Shown: one piece after another, positions 39,453 through 52,923 of the stretch
How the letters are laid out: every line of letters begins with the position of its first letter
Numbering within the stretch: position 1 is the stretch's first letter
Source: Rhizophagus irregularis
Taxonomy: Eukaryota
Direction of reading: 5' to 3'
NCBI RefSeq assembly: GCF_026210795.1
Contig: NC_089432.1
Span: forward strand, 5,704,001 to 5,768,000
Length of the DNA stretch: 64,000 bases
Notes under the pieces: model-generated
Seen by the model: only the letters and a program-made list of their open reading frames with translations
Databases searched by the model: none
Told to the model about the DNA's origin: nothing
Position numbers and translations under genes: made by a program

Positions 39453-41275
39453 ATGAGTAACCAGGATTATTTTGCGAAAGATTTCGATCCTAATAAGGTC
39501 ACCATAAAACGTCTAAAAGAAATCTTAAACGCTCATGATATTCCACACAAGGGTATTGCAAGGAAAGCTGAATTCGTACAGAAATTTCAGGAGTACGTAC
39601 TTCCTGAATTACAAAGAAAGGAAGAAAAAGAGCAGAAAGTTTCTACAGAGCAAAAGACTGCTAAACGAAAAAGTGTCACTGAACAGAAACATGCTGAAGA
39701 AGATAATATATCTTCTATCTCAAATTCACAAATTAAAACTCCAAATCAACGAAAGAGGAAAGTAGGACGTGTAAGTAGTAAAAAGCAAAAGGAAGAAACG
39801 ATAACACAACCACAAATCATTCAAGATGATGGGCAGTCCTCAAAAGCAATAGTTATAGATGACGATAATATTAATAATAATGCACAACTGACTTCGATTT
39901 CACAAGAACAATTGAGGCAAAATTATTCTGAAAGGATTTCTCCGCCACGTCCTTTAAAAGCTCCAACATCAGAGACGCCGTTTTATCCTATGGTTCCTCC
40001 GTACTCTAGAACTCCTGCATATCCTTTTCTAGAGCCAGAAGAACTAGAGAAAGTTAAACTTAGAGAAAAAGAACTACAAGCGTCTTCGGAAACACCTTTA
40101 TATCCAATTCAAGAAGGATCTGAAAATATAGAGGATAAAATAAAACATTTTGAACGGCGTGAAGCGTTTGCATATTGTTTTAAACCTCGAGCTCCCAAAA
40201 GAAATATCGATCGTAGACCGCCTCCCGAGTTTGTTAAACGTAAACAGAAGATCCGATTAAGTTCAGGGATAATTTTCCTTATTTTCACAGTCACAACCGT
40301 TATTGTATTGTTGAGTTTAAAAGCACAAATTGGCTTTTGTGATAGCGTTAAACCTGATTATAAGGAAGTTGAAGATTCACAATCATCATCTCAATTCGTA
40401 ATTAACTTAATGTGCACGCAATGTCCTCCTAAAGCAACGTGTTCAAATGGCATCATCACAGAATGTGAAAAAGGCTTCAAACGGGAAACTTCATTTTTTC
40501 GGCTAGCTAAGCCTTACTATACGCATTGCGCGATTGATAAAGATCAAATGACAAAGGCTAGGAAATATACTAAAGAATTCAAAGAAATTATTGCTCGCGA
40601 AATGGGAAGAGTAACATGTGGATATGAAGATAAAGATAACATGTTGTATGAAAATCTCATACTTCAACTTAAAGACATCATGCCACTGCAAGACTACAAA
40701 TATATCAATGTCACATACGAGACCATTTGCGAGGATGATGATATTAACATTGAGAATAAGGACGGGGAAAATTACATATTCTCCAAAAAGCCAACTTTTA
40801 GCTTTTATTGCCAATTATCTTTTGCCATCGCGAAACTTATCAAAAAGTTTTTCGATAATCTATCTTATTCATTGACAGTTCTGTCAGCATCATCTTTGTT
40901 AGTATTTGGATTCTGGTATATTCGACAACGGATATGGGAAAGACGCCAAGTGAGCGCTGCCTTCGGCTTAGCATTAACGAGATTAAATGAAGAAAAACGA
41001 ATAATCGGTCAGGAGTTTCGTGAAGAGGCATTCGCTCATGTGAAAGACCCTATGGTACGTCAAAAGCTTTTCCAAAAGCTTGATGAAAAGGTCCGGACAA
41101 ACCCGTATGTTCGTGCTGGAAACATTATCTACGACGGGTTTGAAACAGGTGTCTGGGAGTGGAAAGGTAAGTATACACATTTATATCTTCTTTAATCATC
41201 TAATCATCATAAACATTCATTGACTTGTTGATTCATCTTTTAGGTCCTTATACTACTCACGTTAATCCAAGGTAA
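39453..41275 (+). CDS. Inner nuclear membrane LEM/HeH and Man1-Src1 domain protein
   Basis: N-terminal FDPNKVTIKRLKEILNAHDI (HeH), two TM segments, luminal GFCD...CTQCPPKATC, C-terminal VWEW; short last exon 41244-41275. Confidence 0.88.
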
Positions 41276-41795
41276 TCGGATTTTGATATGGTGCAATATT
41301 ATTTCCTCATTTGCAAGGGTTCTTGAAAATTTTCTTAAAAGTTAATAATAAAAAAACTTAATGTAAAATCAAACTTTGGAGTTCCCAACATCTTGAATTA
41401 TTAAAATGTGATTGTAGTTATAAATAATAATAACGCGCCTTTTATTATCACGTGAGCAAAGATTTTTGTATATGTGTCATAACTCGAAATCCAGGATTAT
41501 AAATGGTTTATGAAATTGTCATGTGATTTGGAGAATGCACATGCACCCCGAGATCTCCTTTTATAAAGGGGACGGGTTCAAAAATTCCTTAGAAAAGATA
41601 AAGCACAGTTTTCTTTTGTGGTGGTCAAGCTTTGTTTTTATTCATTAACGTTCTCTTTTGAATAAAGCTAAAAGTGCCTAAAATTACCCTGCATCGTAGT
41701 GGATTTACTACTTGAACGAAGATTTGTATTGCTTTTTGAACTTCTAAACAGGCAAGACGTCGTCTCCAAAGCATAAAAAACGCAAGATTGAACCA

Positions 41796-43644
41796 ATGTC
41801 GGACATGTCTGACGAAGATCTCACGTTCGAAGATTCTTATCGAGACTCAGGTATGTTATTCAATGTCTTTTAATGTGCTTGTTCTTATCAATCTTATTTT
41901 TTTTCAAAAGAAAGTTTAAGCTGCGCAAGTAAAATTATACGATTTTAATAATTAAATTCTATTTTTTTTTATATTTGTAATTTCAGACGAAGATGTCGAA
42001 GATGTCGAAGATGAAGATGACTATGTAGATGACGATGATACCGATCTCAACTTTACGGACGTCGTAGCGGAAAAAGACCGTAAAAAAAATTATGAAGTGG
42101 ACTTTATTGTTCACTCTATTGAAGGTATCGTGAAGAATCAAGACGATGAAGTTACTCACGTATCCAATATTCTCGGTATCCAGAAACAACATGCTGCAAC
42201 GTTGCTTCGTCATTTTCGTTGGAATAAGGAGAGACTTATTGAACGGTACATGGAAGATTCAACTGAGGTCTTAAATAAAGCTGGTGTCATAACTGATAAT
42301 GCCAGAACACCAAAATTTATAAAGATTCCTGGTTTTATTTGTGATATTTGCTGTGATGATGATGAAGATTTAGATACCTTAGCTCTATCTTGTGGGCATA
42401 GATTTTGTAAAAATTGTTACGAACATTATTTGACACAAAAGATCAAAGAAGAAGGTGAAAGTCGCAGAATTTTATGTATGGCTAGCAAATGTAACGTAAT
42501 AGTAGACGAAAAAACTGTTGAATTGGCGGTGAATAAAGATATACATGAGAGGTTTATATTTTATATATATTAATCATTGATTTTTTTTAGTAAATAATAT
42601 TTATCCTTTATGATTATTTTAAATAAATAACTTTTTGTAGATATCGTACGTTACTAAATCGTACATACGTTGATGACAACGAATATTTACGATGGTGTCC
42701 TGCTCCTAGTTGTGAATATGCTATAGAATGTCATGTACCTCAAACTTCACTTACAAGCATTGTCCCGACAGTCGAATGCGTATGTACACATCGCTTTTGC
42801 TTTGGCTGTGGTTTCCCAGACCATCAGCCCTCCATTTGCGTTCTTGTAAAAAAATGGATTAAAAAATGTGAAGATGATTCCGAAACAGCTAATTGGATTT
42901 CTGCTCATACAAAAGAATGCGGAAAGTGTCATTCAACCATTGAAAAGAATGGTGGATGTAACCATATGACTTGTCGTAAATGCAAATATGAATTTTGCTG
43001 GGTTTGTATGGGTCCTTGGTCAGAGCATGGCACCAGCTGGTACAATTGTAATCGTTACGACGAAAAGACTAGCATAGATGCAAGAGATCAACAAGCCAAA
43101 TCTCGTGCTTCTTTGGAACGGTACCTTCATGTATGTATTTATTGATGATGTTTATTCATGCTTAATTAATTAATTAAATTATAAATATAATCTTTTTCGC
43201 TTTTAGTATTATAATCGATTTGCCAATCATGAACAATCAGCGAAATTGGATCGTGAATTGTATAACAAGACTGAGAAAAAGATGGAGGAAATGCAACAAA
43301 CCTCTGATTTATCTTGGATTGAAGTTCAGTTCCTTAAGAAGGCTGTTGATATTCTTGTTCAATGCCGTATGACACTTAAATGGACATATGCCTTTGCTTT
43401 TTATCTTGCTCGTAACAATCAAACTGATATCTTTGAAGACAATCAACGTGATCTTGAGATGGCAGTCGAACAGCTTTCAGAGTTATTGGAAAAACCTATT
43501 GAAGCCGAAAAAATTGCAGAATTGAAACAACAAGTCTTGGATAAAACTGTTTATGTTGGAAGCCGTAGAGAAGTATTATTGGAAGATACCGCTAAAGGAT
43601 TACTTGAATCTCGTTGGGAATTTCAAGTAGATATTAAAAGTTAG
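41796..43644 (+). CDS. Ariadne-family RBR E3 ubiquitin ligase (ARIH1/Hel1-like), 4 exons
   Basis: Acidic N-terminus, UBA-like LLRHFRWNKERL, RING1 CDICC...CGHRFC, IBR WCPAPSC, RING2 IEKNGGCNHMTC and the Ariadne domain. Confidence 0.96.
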
Positions 43645-44285
43645 AATTTTTATTAAGATTTTTAAGTATATTCACAAAGAAATTCTAAAATAAGGGAAGC
43701 TACTTGGGCGGTTAATAACTTTAGTTCTTTAGGAAAATTGTGTCAACATATAAAAAATTGGAAGTATGAGTACAAGTTAATGTTATATCATTTTCACACA
43801 ATTTTTTTGCACTATTAATTTACTAAAAAAAAATTATCATTCACAAATAGTTCATGAAAAGTATAATTTATATAGCATTGTTTGAATGAAATAAAAAAAA
43901 AGGTAGTTTAAACAACGAAATTGATCAGGAAAACACAGGTTTACGAATATTAATCGTTCATCATTACAAATATCCCAAGTTCTTTTAAACCAAATGTTTT
44001 TTTTCTCTTGTAACTTTTCCTTTGTTTAATATTTACATTTTTCTTTTCTTTTTTTTCATAAATGGTAGCTTTTTTTCCCTCTTACTTTCTTTATATAAAC
44101 ATTTTATAAAACTTTTATGTTTGGTAGTTTAAATAACTTGGAATTGGTTTTTTCCTTAAAAGATACTATTTATAGACCTGTGTAAAAAAAAATTTTGAAT
44201 ATACATGACTTTTTAAAACTAATAGTATTTAATGGATTATTATTGTAATATTCACTTACAATACGCTAACATAATTTATAAATGG

Positions 44286-45017
44286 TTATTTATTAACTAC
44301 AATAGAATCAAGTGAAGTATCGACATTTTCATCATTTGCATTATTTGTTAAAGAACTGGTAACATTTTTAAAATTATCCCAAGCACTTGGATAAACAATT
44401 GAATCCCATTTTTGTTGTAAACCATCAATAATTTCACTAAAAGAAGAATTCCTTTTTACAACATGACGAAAATAGGGTTCAATAAGATCATCGTTTTTCG
44501 GATTTTGAGGACGAAATTCGAGACGAACTTCTTCCTCCGAAGGATTAGGATGATGAAGAATATTAACATAATCAAGAAGAGATTTGTTTTGGTGTGAATC
44601 TAATGTTGGCAAAAGATCAACAACTACGTCTGGGATGTGAATATGTGATGCTTCATTTTCGTTGTCAAACAAATGAACTTCAAGTTTTATATATGAATGT
44701 GTACGAATCCATTCAAGGATTTCTATCAAAAAATGTTAAAGTTTTGCGTTTTTTTTTTAAAAAAAGGAAACTTATCTTCAAATTTGCTTACCTGGTTTAG
44801 TACCAAGGATCACGAATCTTGAAGAATTTACCACAGATAAACTAACCACTTCAGGTATTTTTGCGGGAGTGATTATCTTTCCTTCAGTCGCAGACTTGTT
44901 ACCAATTTGTTCGCCTGAAATATCAATTTAAAATAAATATTAAACATTGTCAATTTCTTTGTCATATTCTAATTAGTATAATTACCAACCTATCACATAA
45001 CCATACTTTAAAACCAT
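44286..45017 (-). CDS. Hypothetical protein, ~195 aa, 3 exons
   Basis: Exons splice in frame via GT-AG introns: MVLKYGYVIG-EQIGNK...LGTKP-EILEWIRTH...VVNK*. Confidence 0.65.
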
Positions 45018-45249
45018 TTTTAAGTATATAAGAGTTGTAAAAACAGTTTTTGAACTTTATATACTGCCAAGATATATATGGTACATTCCGAATCTTAAGT
45101 ACAGAATTTGGGGCATGTTGATACGCGTCGTCTTTATGTATATCATTAACTAATATTAAACTTTACTAATTTAATATATCGTATATCATGAGTTAGAATC
45201 AGGTGATGCCGATATACTACGGCAAGTATAATTTTTCGGGGGGTCGATC

Positions 45250-45870
45250 TTCCCCAGTATCACCGACACTTTTTCCACCCCCACGTGATTTTGTAATATT
45301 CATCACCGGCATCACACCCCACCGCGTTTTCACTGTTTATATTTATCTGAGGGACTTAGTTTTTTTTTTGCCTCACAAAATTATTTTTTTCACATCCCTT
45401 TAAATGTCACCGGTCACATGGGGGTGGAATTTTAATTATAAAAGTGTCGGTGATACTGGGGTAAATGGGGGGTCGTGTTCGATCACGTGACTTGTAAAAA
45501 TTTATTTTTTACAAATAAAACTTTTTCGCCAATACATAAAACTTTCAAGTTACACATAGTATGTGTATTTTAGCCTGCTGTGCAAGTTTACTTAGTGCGC
45601 AACATGGGGTTTTGAACACCGTTTTTGACTTATTTGAATTTTTTCATTTTCGTCATCCATTTTTGGATATGATCGGCAAAGATTATTCATTCATATGTAA
45701 AGTCAAAAACAGTGTTTAAAACCAGCTTTTTTTCACTAAGTAAACTTGTAAAGCAGGCCAAAATACACTTATTATACTTACATTAATCTTAGTTCATAAA
45801 AAAATGGCTTATTCATAAAATGTCAAGTCACATGATCGAACACGGCTTTAGACGACCCCATTTTTCGGCA
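45250..45870. repeat. Nested inverted repeats, MITE-like
   Basis: CCCCAGTATCACCGACACTTTT / AAAAGTGTCGGTGATACTGGGG; GTGTTCGATCACGTGACTTG / CAAGTCACATGATCGAACAC; GTGTATTTTAGCCTGC / GCAGGCCAAAATACAC. Confidence 0.7.
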
Positions 45871-46121
45871 AATGTATTTATGCACTATGACGTGGGACAG
45901 TGTCGAATTATCATGGCTATAATTCGAGCTACCCGGTAATAATTCACACCTCTTTTTTATTATACATTATGAAATTTATTAAATTAACAAAACAAGGAAT
46001 AACTAAATGTATACTATTAAAATTATTAATTAGTAAACTAACCTGCATATAAAGTACTCAATATAACCTACTAACCCCTCCAGCGTTATTAATTTGTCCA
46101 AATAATAATGAAAATCGTTGT

Positions 46122-49100
46122 TTAAAAAAATCTACTGAATACGCTTTTAATTCGATCTCCTTTCAGTAAAGGAGTTAATAGGCTTGATTCGACACGTTCA
46201 ACAACAGGTTTGACTAATTTAGGTTTTTCCAAAGATTTCTCATTGGATTTGCGAATTAATTCTAATCTATATTCATTATCTATTTTCCGCCAAATATTTA
46301 AAATATCAGCAGCTTGATCACTAGGACACATTGCCAAGGCATATCCCATGAGAATCATTTGCTTTTCCAAATTTTGAAATATGTCTTGCTTTGCAACCTC
46401 ATAACAAATTCTCCAAGCAATATCTTTAACAGAATCTAGTAGAGTCTCCTTTTTATCATTATTTCTCATATTTGAAATTGTCTTTATTATCTTCACAATA
46501 TCGATACACATATTGTATGCAAAATTGAGATTAGAATCACGTAATGCAGCATCAGCAAGCATGGCCATAACTTTGACTTCCGCAACTTTATCATTTCGGT
46601 AACCTAACTTCTTTGCAAGTTCCATAATTGATTTAGAATCATAATATGCATCTTCATTTGTACTTAATAAACGAGAAATCAAATCTAATTTATTTGGTGC
46701 AAGTCGAATTTGCATAGGATGTATCAGAATTCCAGGTTGATGATAAACTTTTTGTTCTGTAAGCATATGAGTTGCTTCAATGAACTCAATTTCAGATTGA
46801 AGAGTATCAGAAATGGGCAAAATTTGAAGACTAAAAAATAAAACACATTAACAACAATATAAGGAAGCCACTTTAGTAAAAACTTACGCCTTACCATTCA
46901 TATGCCAACTTCATATATCCATGATACATATTTCCGGAAGGAGCATTATCAAAGAATTCTCTTGACGCATCTATAACAAGTTGCTCAGCTACCGTTATAT
47001 CTAAAGGTTGTGGTTGATCAGTAGGCAAAATAATTTTACGGGCCAAATTAAATTCTAAAAGAGTATTGTGTTATAGGTAATATAGTTTTAAAGTATCCAC
47101 TCAAAAGAATAGAAATTTAGCATTCACAAAATAGATAAAGGATACTGCCATAGCTCAATAATGAAGAAACAAAAATCTTATATATTTCCTCTGTAGATAT
47201 TTTACTCAAAACGCCTTTTCCATTTTCATGAAGATTAAGAATTTCCTTTAATAATAAGGTCCATTCATCTTCATTTTTAAACCTATCTTCATCATTTTCA
47301 GGTCCACTACCAGATCTCCTTGCTAATTGAATACATAATTGCTTTTGTAAAATATAATCGTTCGAACTCTGTAAAAACCAACATAAAGGTACAGCATTGT
47401 CATATCGAGTGAGAATCTCTGCAGCATTCAAATGAAGTTCAAGAGAATCAATTATGCCTTGAAGTTGAATTTCATTTTTAGACTTGAATAGTGAGAAAAA
47501 TTCATATGGTGTATAATTCTGGAGTGAATTAATGTCAAAACTTTCATCTGATACTTCATCAAATATCGGAAGACATTCATAAATACGAGTCATATCCTGC
47601 CAATTATCAGTTCTAGAATTTCCGTAAAGACAAGCAAGAGCTATTCTGGCAAGATCTTCATCGGAAACGATAATTCGTTCTTGCGCATCCAAACTCGGTT
47701 TTGATGCTTCAAAGATAGTACAAACTAATTTTAAATTAGATGATGAAATATCTAAGATATAATTGTAAAGCAAATCAAGTGGTTTACTCTCTGGTTCTGA
47801 TATTGGTATTTTATCAATAATATCGTCTTTAAGAACATGATTTAATCGAGCACGACGAGAAGGCAATATTCTTAAAAAGGGAATGATAAATTTCTTAATG
47901 TCACTTACAATCCGTTTTTCATCAGTATATTGAAGGAATACTCGAATAATTTCCGCTTCAGTTAATGCCTCAAATTCCTTCAATGACATGCTTTTACTAA
48001 CTGAATCCAAGTTTGGATAGCAATCATAAACGAGTTTCGCTAACATATCAAGATTTTCTTCCAAGGTCTCCAAATTCATTACATTTTTCCTGATTCCATG
48101 ATGAATAAGTTCAAGAGCTTTATCCACTTGTCCTGAAACACTATCTATTTTATGAGCACGATCAATATACCACTTTGTAATTAAAGTTGATTGTGCTGGA
48201 TATTCAACTGGGTTTAATTTTATTCCTCCGACTTCTAATTCCTCTGATACATTAGGTAATATTCGTTGCTTTAAAATTGGGTTATCAACCCAATCTATTT
48301 CTCTCCATGGTTGTTCATGCCACAAACGTTCAACAAGTTCACCATTGCTATTTAAGATAACGCTAGGTAAGAAAGATTCATAATCATCAGGGTTAACCGT
48401 TTCCGGAATTTGTTCAAGGATTGTAAAACGATAAGGCAATGTTTCGGAACCATGATGAGTAAATAGAACGTTCAAACCCTTGAAAAACTCTTCGGTTGCA
48501 TAATCCATAGCTAAAGCTGCAATGTTCAAATCACGAAATACTGCATAATCATCAACGAATGTTGAAGCATAATCAACAAATGTGACCCAGCCATCATTGT
48601 CTTCAAAATCCTCCATAGATCCATTTTCAATGTCATGCTTTTTTTTTTCTTCAACGATAACCTCATATGTACGCAACCGATCCAAGTACTTAAAAAAGTA
48701 ATGCCTATATTTACAAATAATAATATCTTTTTCAGATATATGTAGTTTGCCCAAAAATTCTTTCACCTCAGAATTTACTTTAAAAGGATATTCACGAAGC
48801 AATTTAATTATTTCATCTTTGTTAGACGATGCTCCATTATTTAAAATCTTGTCCAAAATATCTGTGTCTTTCAAACCATAATTTAATAAAAGTCTTAATA
48901 AATCAGGTTTATTGCTAAATGTACGTATACAAGCAGAGAGTACCCATTCTCTATCATGTATTTTATCAAGGTAATCATGAATTGCAGACTCAGAGACTTC
49001 AGCATCCTGCCATTGAGCCTGATATATAACATCTGTATCTAGATCGTACGTTTTTGCTATTACCAACGCGTCATCATAATCTAGAGCATTTATTTTGCGA

Positions 49101-50983
49101 TTTAATAGCTCGAGAGGAGAAATTTTAGAAATACGATTAAGACGATATGTCTTTCTAGAAACTGTTACAATTTTCCCACGGGATTCCGTGGTATCATTTT
49201 CAAAGTGCCATAAGAAAGTATCAGTCACATAATGTAAAGAATTTGCTAAAGCACTTATTAATCTGCTTAATTGAGATTCTGCTTCTTCGGATTCTTCATC
49301 ATCAATATCTCCTTCTTCCTGTTCTCTTGAATATCGAACGAATCCATCATTAATCATTCGAGCTTTAACAGATTTAACCTCATGTTCAATAACAAGGAAA
49401 CAATTATTACATTGACTGGTAATTTCACGACAAGATTTAAAAGATTCTGGAGATTCACCTAATATATTGACCATTTCTGGAAGGCGGGCAATAATCATTA
49501 AACCGTATTGGTAACCAAAAATAAGGGCATCATTTGACCACCAACCAATTGATACAACCTTTCCATTATCAAATCCTGGAATACTAGTAAAATCACCACC
49601 CTCATTTTTAATTTCTGAAACTTTGTCAATAAATTCTTCTAAAGACAGATCTCTAAATTCTTTACCTCTAGCAAAGAAATTAAGTTCAGATTGATTGAAA
49701 GATCTATTTAATTCGAGTCCTTTATTTAAGGACAAATTCCATAACTTTACTGCACCAGAAAAGTCCAAAGTCAATAAGTGCTGCTGATTTGGTGATAAAA
49801 CCATGTTATGAATTATTTCATCTGTGAAATTTTTGTTGGTATTACGCCAGGTTGAAAAAATATTTATTAACCGATAAAAGAATCCCGAGTAATCAGCTGT
49901 TTCTTGACTTAATTGTGATGTATCATCTATAGTTCTACTATTTGAACCTTCCAATTCTAGTTTTCGATAAAATGGTCTTTCTGGCAATAGCATCCAACAT
50001 GCAACAGAAGACAAGGTTGTCTCATCATCATCCTCAAAGCTTGATTTACCGCCAAGACATAACATTAACCCATTTAATGTTATGACAGCTCCGCAAGCAG
50101 TAGTAGACAACCACTGCTTAAAAGAAAATTTATGATAATAAACAAAATAACCAGGATCGGAAGGTCCTTCACGCGAATAAGTAGCATTAGGTCTCAAATG
50201 AAATAAAGTTTCTTTTCCGTCCATGGCTGCTGTCTCTGTTGTGTTAATTAAATAGCTACGTAAAATACCATCAAAAGTGACTACCAGCAATTCATACTGG
50301 TATATGTATCCCTCAAATGATAATATCTTATTTGATCCACGTTTTGGATCAATAAAACATAAAAAGGCTACTGGTTCAAGAAAAAAACTCGACCTGCTCT
50401 GTGCATCTGTTTCAGCATCAGAATTAATGTTTGTGCTAGATAAAATGACACAAACTAAATTTCCATTTTCGTCAATGATCTCAATTGTTCCATCGCTCCT
50501 TGAAGCTGCTAAGATTTTAGAATCTGGACTCCAGGATAGACGTCTCCATTTTGGAAATGTGTCTCTATCTCTTTTAGAAGTAAAAATTGCGTGATTTGTT
50601 TCAAAGCCACTTTTACTCGTTCTAATTTCTATTTTATGATCGCTCAATGCAGCTAGGTACTGGCAATTGGGCGACAGCTGCATAAATCTATCAGAAGCTA
50701 CTTTTAGACGTGCCTGAATAAGTGAACGTGGTACCGTAGTGGAAATCGCAAGTTTCTCTAAGCTACGAACGAGGCGGTGTGTAACTTGCTTGAACACATG
50801 TTTTGGTATCTGAGAATAAGAAGGATCATAAGGGTTAGCATGTAGTTTGACTTGGGAGCCGGTTTCCTGATCTAATTCATCCTCTGGTTTCCAAACAGCA
50901 ACTACATCTATATCATAAAGTATGCGTTCTGAAGAGCTTTTGGTAGGTTCTATTTGTTTTGCCATTATTTTCCAATTTTGCAT
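46122..50983 (-). CDS. NBAS: NBAS/Sec39 (NRZ/Dsl1 tethering complex), 3 exons, ~1,570 aa
   Basis: N-terminal beta-propeller with DTFPKWRRLSWSPDS, then YLDRLRTYE, LPYRFTILEQIPET, SGQVD, ASREFFDNA and HPMQIRL. Confidence 0.9.
47055..47145 (-). other. Probable U12-type GT-AG intron in NBAS
   Basis: 5' splice site GTATCCTTT and a variant branch candidate TACCTATAAC. Splicing gives the in-frame LSYGKFNLARK. Confidence 0.65.
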
Positions 50984-51143
50984 CTGCGAATATCCTAAAT
51001 TTTGATTATATCAATCGGTAATACTATACAAGCCAATCAATTCTGCAGTTGAATCGTATGTATAACCTTAGCTGCATGACCGCATAATTTTAAAGATAAT
51101 CAAATTCAAATTCTTCACTTTATTCACTTGATTCTTTTAGACG

Positions 51144-52876
51144 ATGGTTTATGAATTTACGTTTACGTTACTATATGATTTATTTTTACAATTTGGTTCA
51201 CAAATGTTATTTTTTGCATTTGGATGGGTTTATTTAGTAAAGAAACTATTTAAAGACTATGAATCGTCTATTGACCGACATGACGTCCAATTCGTTCAAG
51301 CAATATTTTCACTTACTTTCAGCACAAGCTGTGCTTTGTTCGAATTGATCATTTTTGAGATCATGGACGTCATGCATAAAGAGTAAAGTTCTCTTTAATA
51401 ATTTTTATTATTTATTTTTATTTATTTTTATATAAAAACATTTTAACAATGTTAAAACGTAAATATTTTTAGTTCACGATATATATGTTGGAAAATAACC
51501 CTCTACGTGTCACTTTTCCTCGTAATAATATTGATTCCAGCTTATCAATTATATCTTTTAATAACAAATATACAAGAAAGTTTACCCAAAAGATATTCTA
51601 TAATCATCGCACTTTTATGTTGGTTAATATATTTTTATGGTTTTTGGAAAGTTGGAGATTTTTTTCCAATTAAAAATACCGAAAAAAGTAAGTTTATTCG
51701 TTATAATTTCGTTCCTTAATAAATAAAACTGATTTTTAAATTATTTGAATAGAATCTATACCCGATGATACATTGATACAATTTGGAATGAGTCGCGTGG
51801 GAGTACTTGGAGTTACTATAATGGCAATATTATCAGGATTTGGGGCAGTAAACAGTCCTTATGCAACATTATTTTTCTTCTTGAGACAAGTTAAGGATAC
51901 AGATATTCAAGCAGCCGAAAAAAAATACCTTCAAACTTTGGATATAATATTAAATAAGAAGAGAAGAATAATAATTTCACAGCAACAAAGAACTACAAAC
52001 GAGCAAAATTCAAGAGTTGGTGGATTTGTGCGAAGAATGTTTAATACAATGGCGAATGGGATCGGGATTAGTAGTGAAAATATTAGCGTTTTAAGACAAG
52101 AAATAACAGGACTTGAAAATTTTGGACGACAATTATTTTTAGATATCGAAGATTTATACCAAGAGAGAGATCGAATACTTTATTCTAAAACATGGCAAGG
52201 AAAATATTATAATTTTATGGGTTATAATTTTTCAATTTATTGCATTTACAAAATCGTAATGGCAATTGTCAATATTATTCTTTCGCGTGTGGGAAAAACT
52301 GACCCAATTACTTACGGGTTAACATTAGCAATTGCTTATTTTAACATAAAAGAAATTGATATTGATTTCTGGTATCAACAATTAAGTTTTTTCACAGTTG
52401 GAATAATGATATTTTTTTCTATTCGAGGATTATTAATTCAATTCCTAAAATTTTTTAGAGCAGTATCAAACCCCGTATCGAGAAACAATATTGTGTTATT
52501 TCTTGCACACATAATGGGAATGTATTTTCTTAGTTCAGTTTTAATGTTGAGAATGTCATTACCAGAAGTATATAGGAATAAAATTACGATTCTTTTCAAA
52601 TCGATTGATATTGCATTTTATCACAGATGGTTTGATGTAATATTTCTTGTTAGTGGAATAGCAAGTATGGTTTTCATATATTTTGTACATCAAGCAAACA
52701 ATAGCAATGTTATGTTATCTACCGCAATGACTCCTTCTGGAACACCAAATGGAAGTTTACCAATAACTTCACCTATTTCACCTGGAGATGTGAGTGGTAT
52801 AGGCGGTGGTAGTTTAAGCGGAAGTGGATCTAGCAGATGGACTTCAAATAATAATAATTTATATTACAGAAGTTAA
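51144..52876 (+). CDS. GPR89: Golgi pH regulator / GPR89 (ABA-GPCR-like), 3 exons
   Basis: LFELIIFEI, SRVGVLGVTIMAILSGFGAVNSPY, GKTDPIT, MGMYFLSSVLMLRM, FYHRWFDVIFLVS. Confidence 0.95.
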
Positions 52877-52923
52877 TCGTTTATTATATATAATACTTTA
52901 ATAATTAAAAAATCACAATAGAA

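Noticed and set aside
50277..50594. Antisense ORF within NBAS, and similar short antisense ORFs in other genes
   Set aside because: Fully nested opposite well-supported genes, with no independent motifs.
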